DNA of 64,000 nucleotides, taken from positions 94,879 to 158,878 of the forward strand of contig WELA01000805.1 of the NCBI GenBank assembly GCA_009602735.1. Direction: 5' to 3'. A program made the translations under genes and the position numbers. The DNA is from Mesotaenium endlicherianum. Taxonomy: Eukaryota. The notes beneath the pieces were generated by a model, which had not been told where the DNA came from, ran no database searches, and worked only from the letters and a program-made list of their open reading frames with translations. Shown piece after piece: positions 62,601 through 64,000 of this stretch. Each line of letters begins with the position of its first letter. Position 1 is the first letter of the stretch.

Positions 62601-64000
62601 AAGTTTCAGAATTCAAGAATTAAGCATGTGCCATTTGTAGGCGCGGGAGCTTGATACGTGTTGCGCGCGTGTGCGTCCTACGAGCGTGAGGCACAAGGTG
62701 ACGATCTCGTTTGAGTGTTAGACTTTGATCAGATTCTGAAATTTTGTGGAGAGGTAGTCCTATGGGTTTGGATTTAGAAAAAGTAATTTTTCTAATAAAA
62801 ATATTAATTTAAGTCCTGACAGTGCCACATGGCGGTCTGCTAGACTGCCGTGCGAGCCACATGTGTGAGGCAAGGCGCAATCTGATTTCATGGTCTTAGA
62901 CTCAAAATCAGTAGAAGCAGAGCATACCAGTGAGTTCAGAGGGGTGATAATATGTACATTGCACAACTTTCAGGCTAAAAATGTCAGAAAAAGTCGGAGG
63001 GGTGCCACTTGGCGTCTTGAGAGGTCACCACGAGTCACGCACACGAGTGAGAGAGTGCAATACCTCTACAAGGAGTATGGCTTAGAGCTAGAGGTAGCTA
63101 AGGGTACCAGAAGGTTCAAGAACATAGTGGAGTCAGGTTTATGATGTAATCTGGTCAAAATTATAAGAGCACCATGAGTAAGCCACATGGCGCGACGAGG
63201 AGTTGCCACTTGTCTAAGAGGGCGAAGAATGAGTATTTTGGCAATTTGGCGGACTATTATGCCTTGGATCCAGCTTTGGAGTATGTGGAGATGATGGAGG
63301 GAGTATGTTACAACCCTTATGAAGATATTGGCCTATTCCAAGACGAAGGAGTTGAAGACAAAGATGCATTTCTGCAAGGAGACGCCATGTGTGGAGCCAA
63401 TGTATGCGATGGAGCTTTCACTAAGTGGAGCAAGTTTGGAGTAATGAGTATCATCCTGGAGCCTCTTAAGACCTGCAACTTGTATAACATATGTGTATGT
63501 GTGTTTTTCTAGCGTATATGTGAGCTGGATTCCTCATCTGACGTTACTTATGCTTAGTATGTGCCGAGGACGTCGCATCTTGAGGAGGGGGATGATGTAA
63601 GGTTACCAAAGTGAAGTTTGTATCTTTCTAGCATTTTATATGCACGGATTGTTATTCAAGAAAACCTTTGGCCTTTATTTCAAGTCATTTGGACAAGTAT
63701 TGAGAAAGTTACGAATTTTGGGAGTTTTTTTGTGATTTTAGTGTCACAAATTCAATTTAGTGACAAGGACAGGTCCAGTGACGAAAACTTCGGTTGGAGT
63801 CCAGAAAGTAGGACATTGAATCATGAGGGTTCCAGATTCTACGTACGATTACGTAGAGTGCCAAAGTGATTGTGGAAATTCTAGAAACTTCGTGAGGAGT
63901 TAGTGGATTGTGTAGTAAAATATTCTAGAGCGTGATTGTGTGCATGTGAGTGTGCTAGTCTGTCCAACTAGGCAAGGTCACCTACATGGAAGGAGCCATA
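59637..64000 (+). mobile_element. Non-autonomous LTR element D (LARD-like), right LTR runs off the window
   Basis: 5' LTR 59637-60357 (ends CCCCTTTCA), PBS TGGTATCGGAGC 60360-60371, ~3.2-kb interior without long ORFs, PPT TGAGGAGGGGGATGA 63581-63595, 3' LTR from 63596 (TGTAAGG). Confidence 0.88.

Overview
Eukaryotic draft-assembly scaffold with N gaps and spliceosomal introns, most likely from a green-lineage (probably streptophyte) alga. The taxon is inferred, not proven. The left ~28 kb is GC-rich and holds two convergent genes with microsatellite-rich introns: (+) a tandem-AAA+ ATPase (15 visible exons, 5' end outside the window, stop at 16510) and (-) a multi-PAS hybrid histidine kinase (PAS x~4-HisKA-HATPase_c-REC, 27617..18484). 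Both proteins look bacterial in style. The right ~35 kb is a nested transposon block with three hAT DNA-transposon relics and five Ty3/Gypsy LTR units: an orphan 3' LTR with an extra ORF, a decayed element A, an ORF-intact chromovirus B, an RT-deleted chromovirus C with a 5-bp TSD inserted in a hAT exon, and a non-coding LARD-like element D sharing C's termini. No rRNA, intact tRNA or CRISPR array was seen. All assignments come from reading motifs by eye; no database searches were run.
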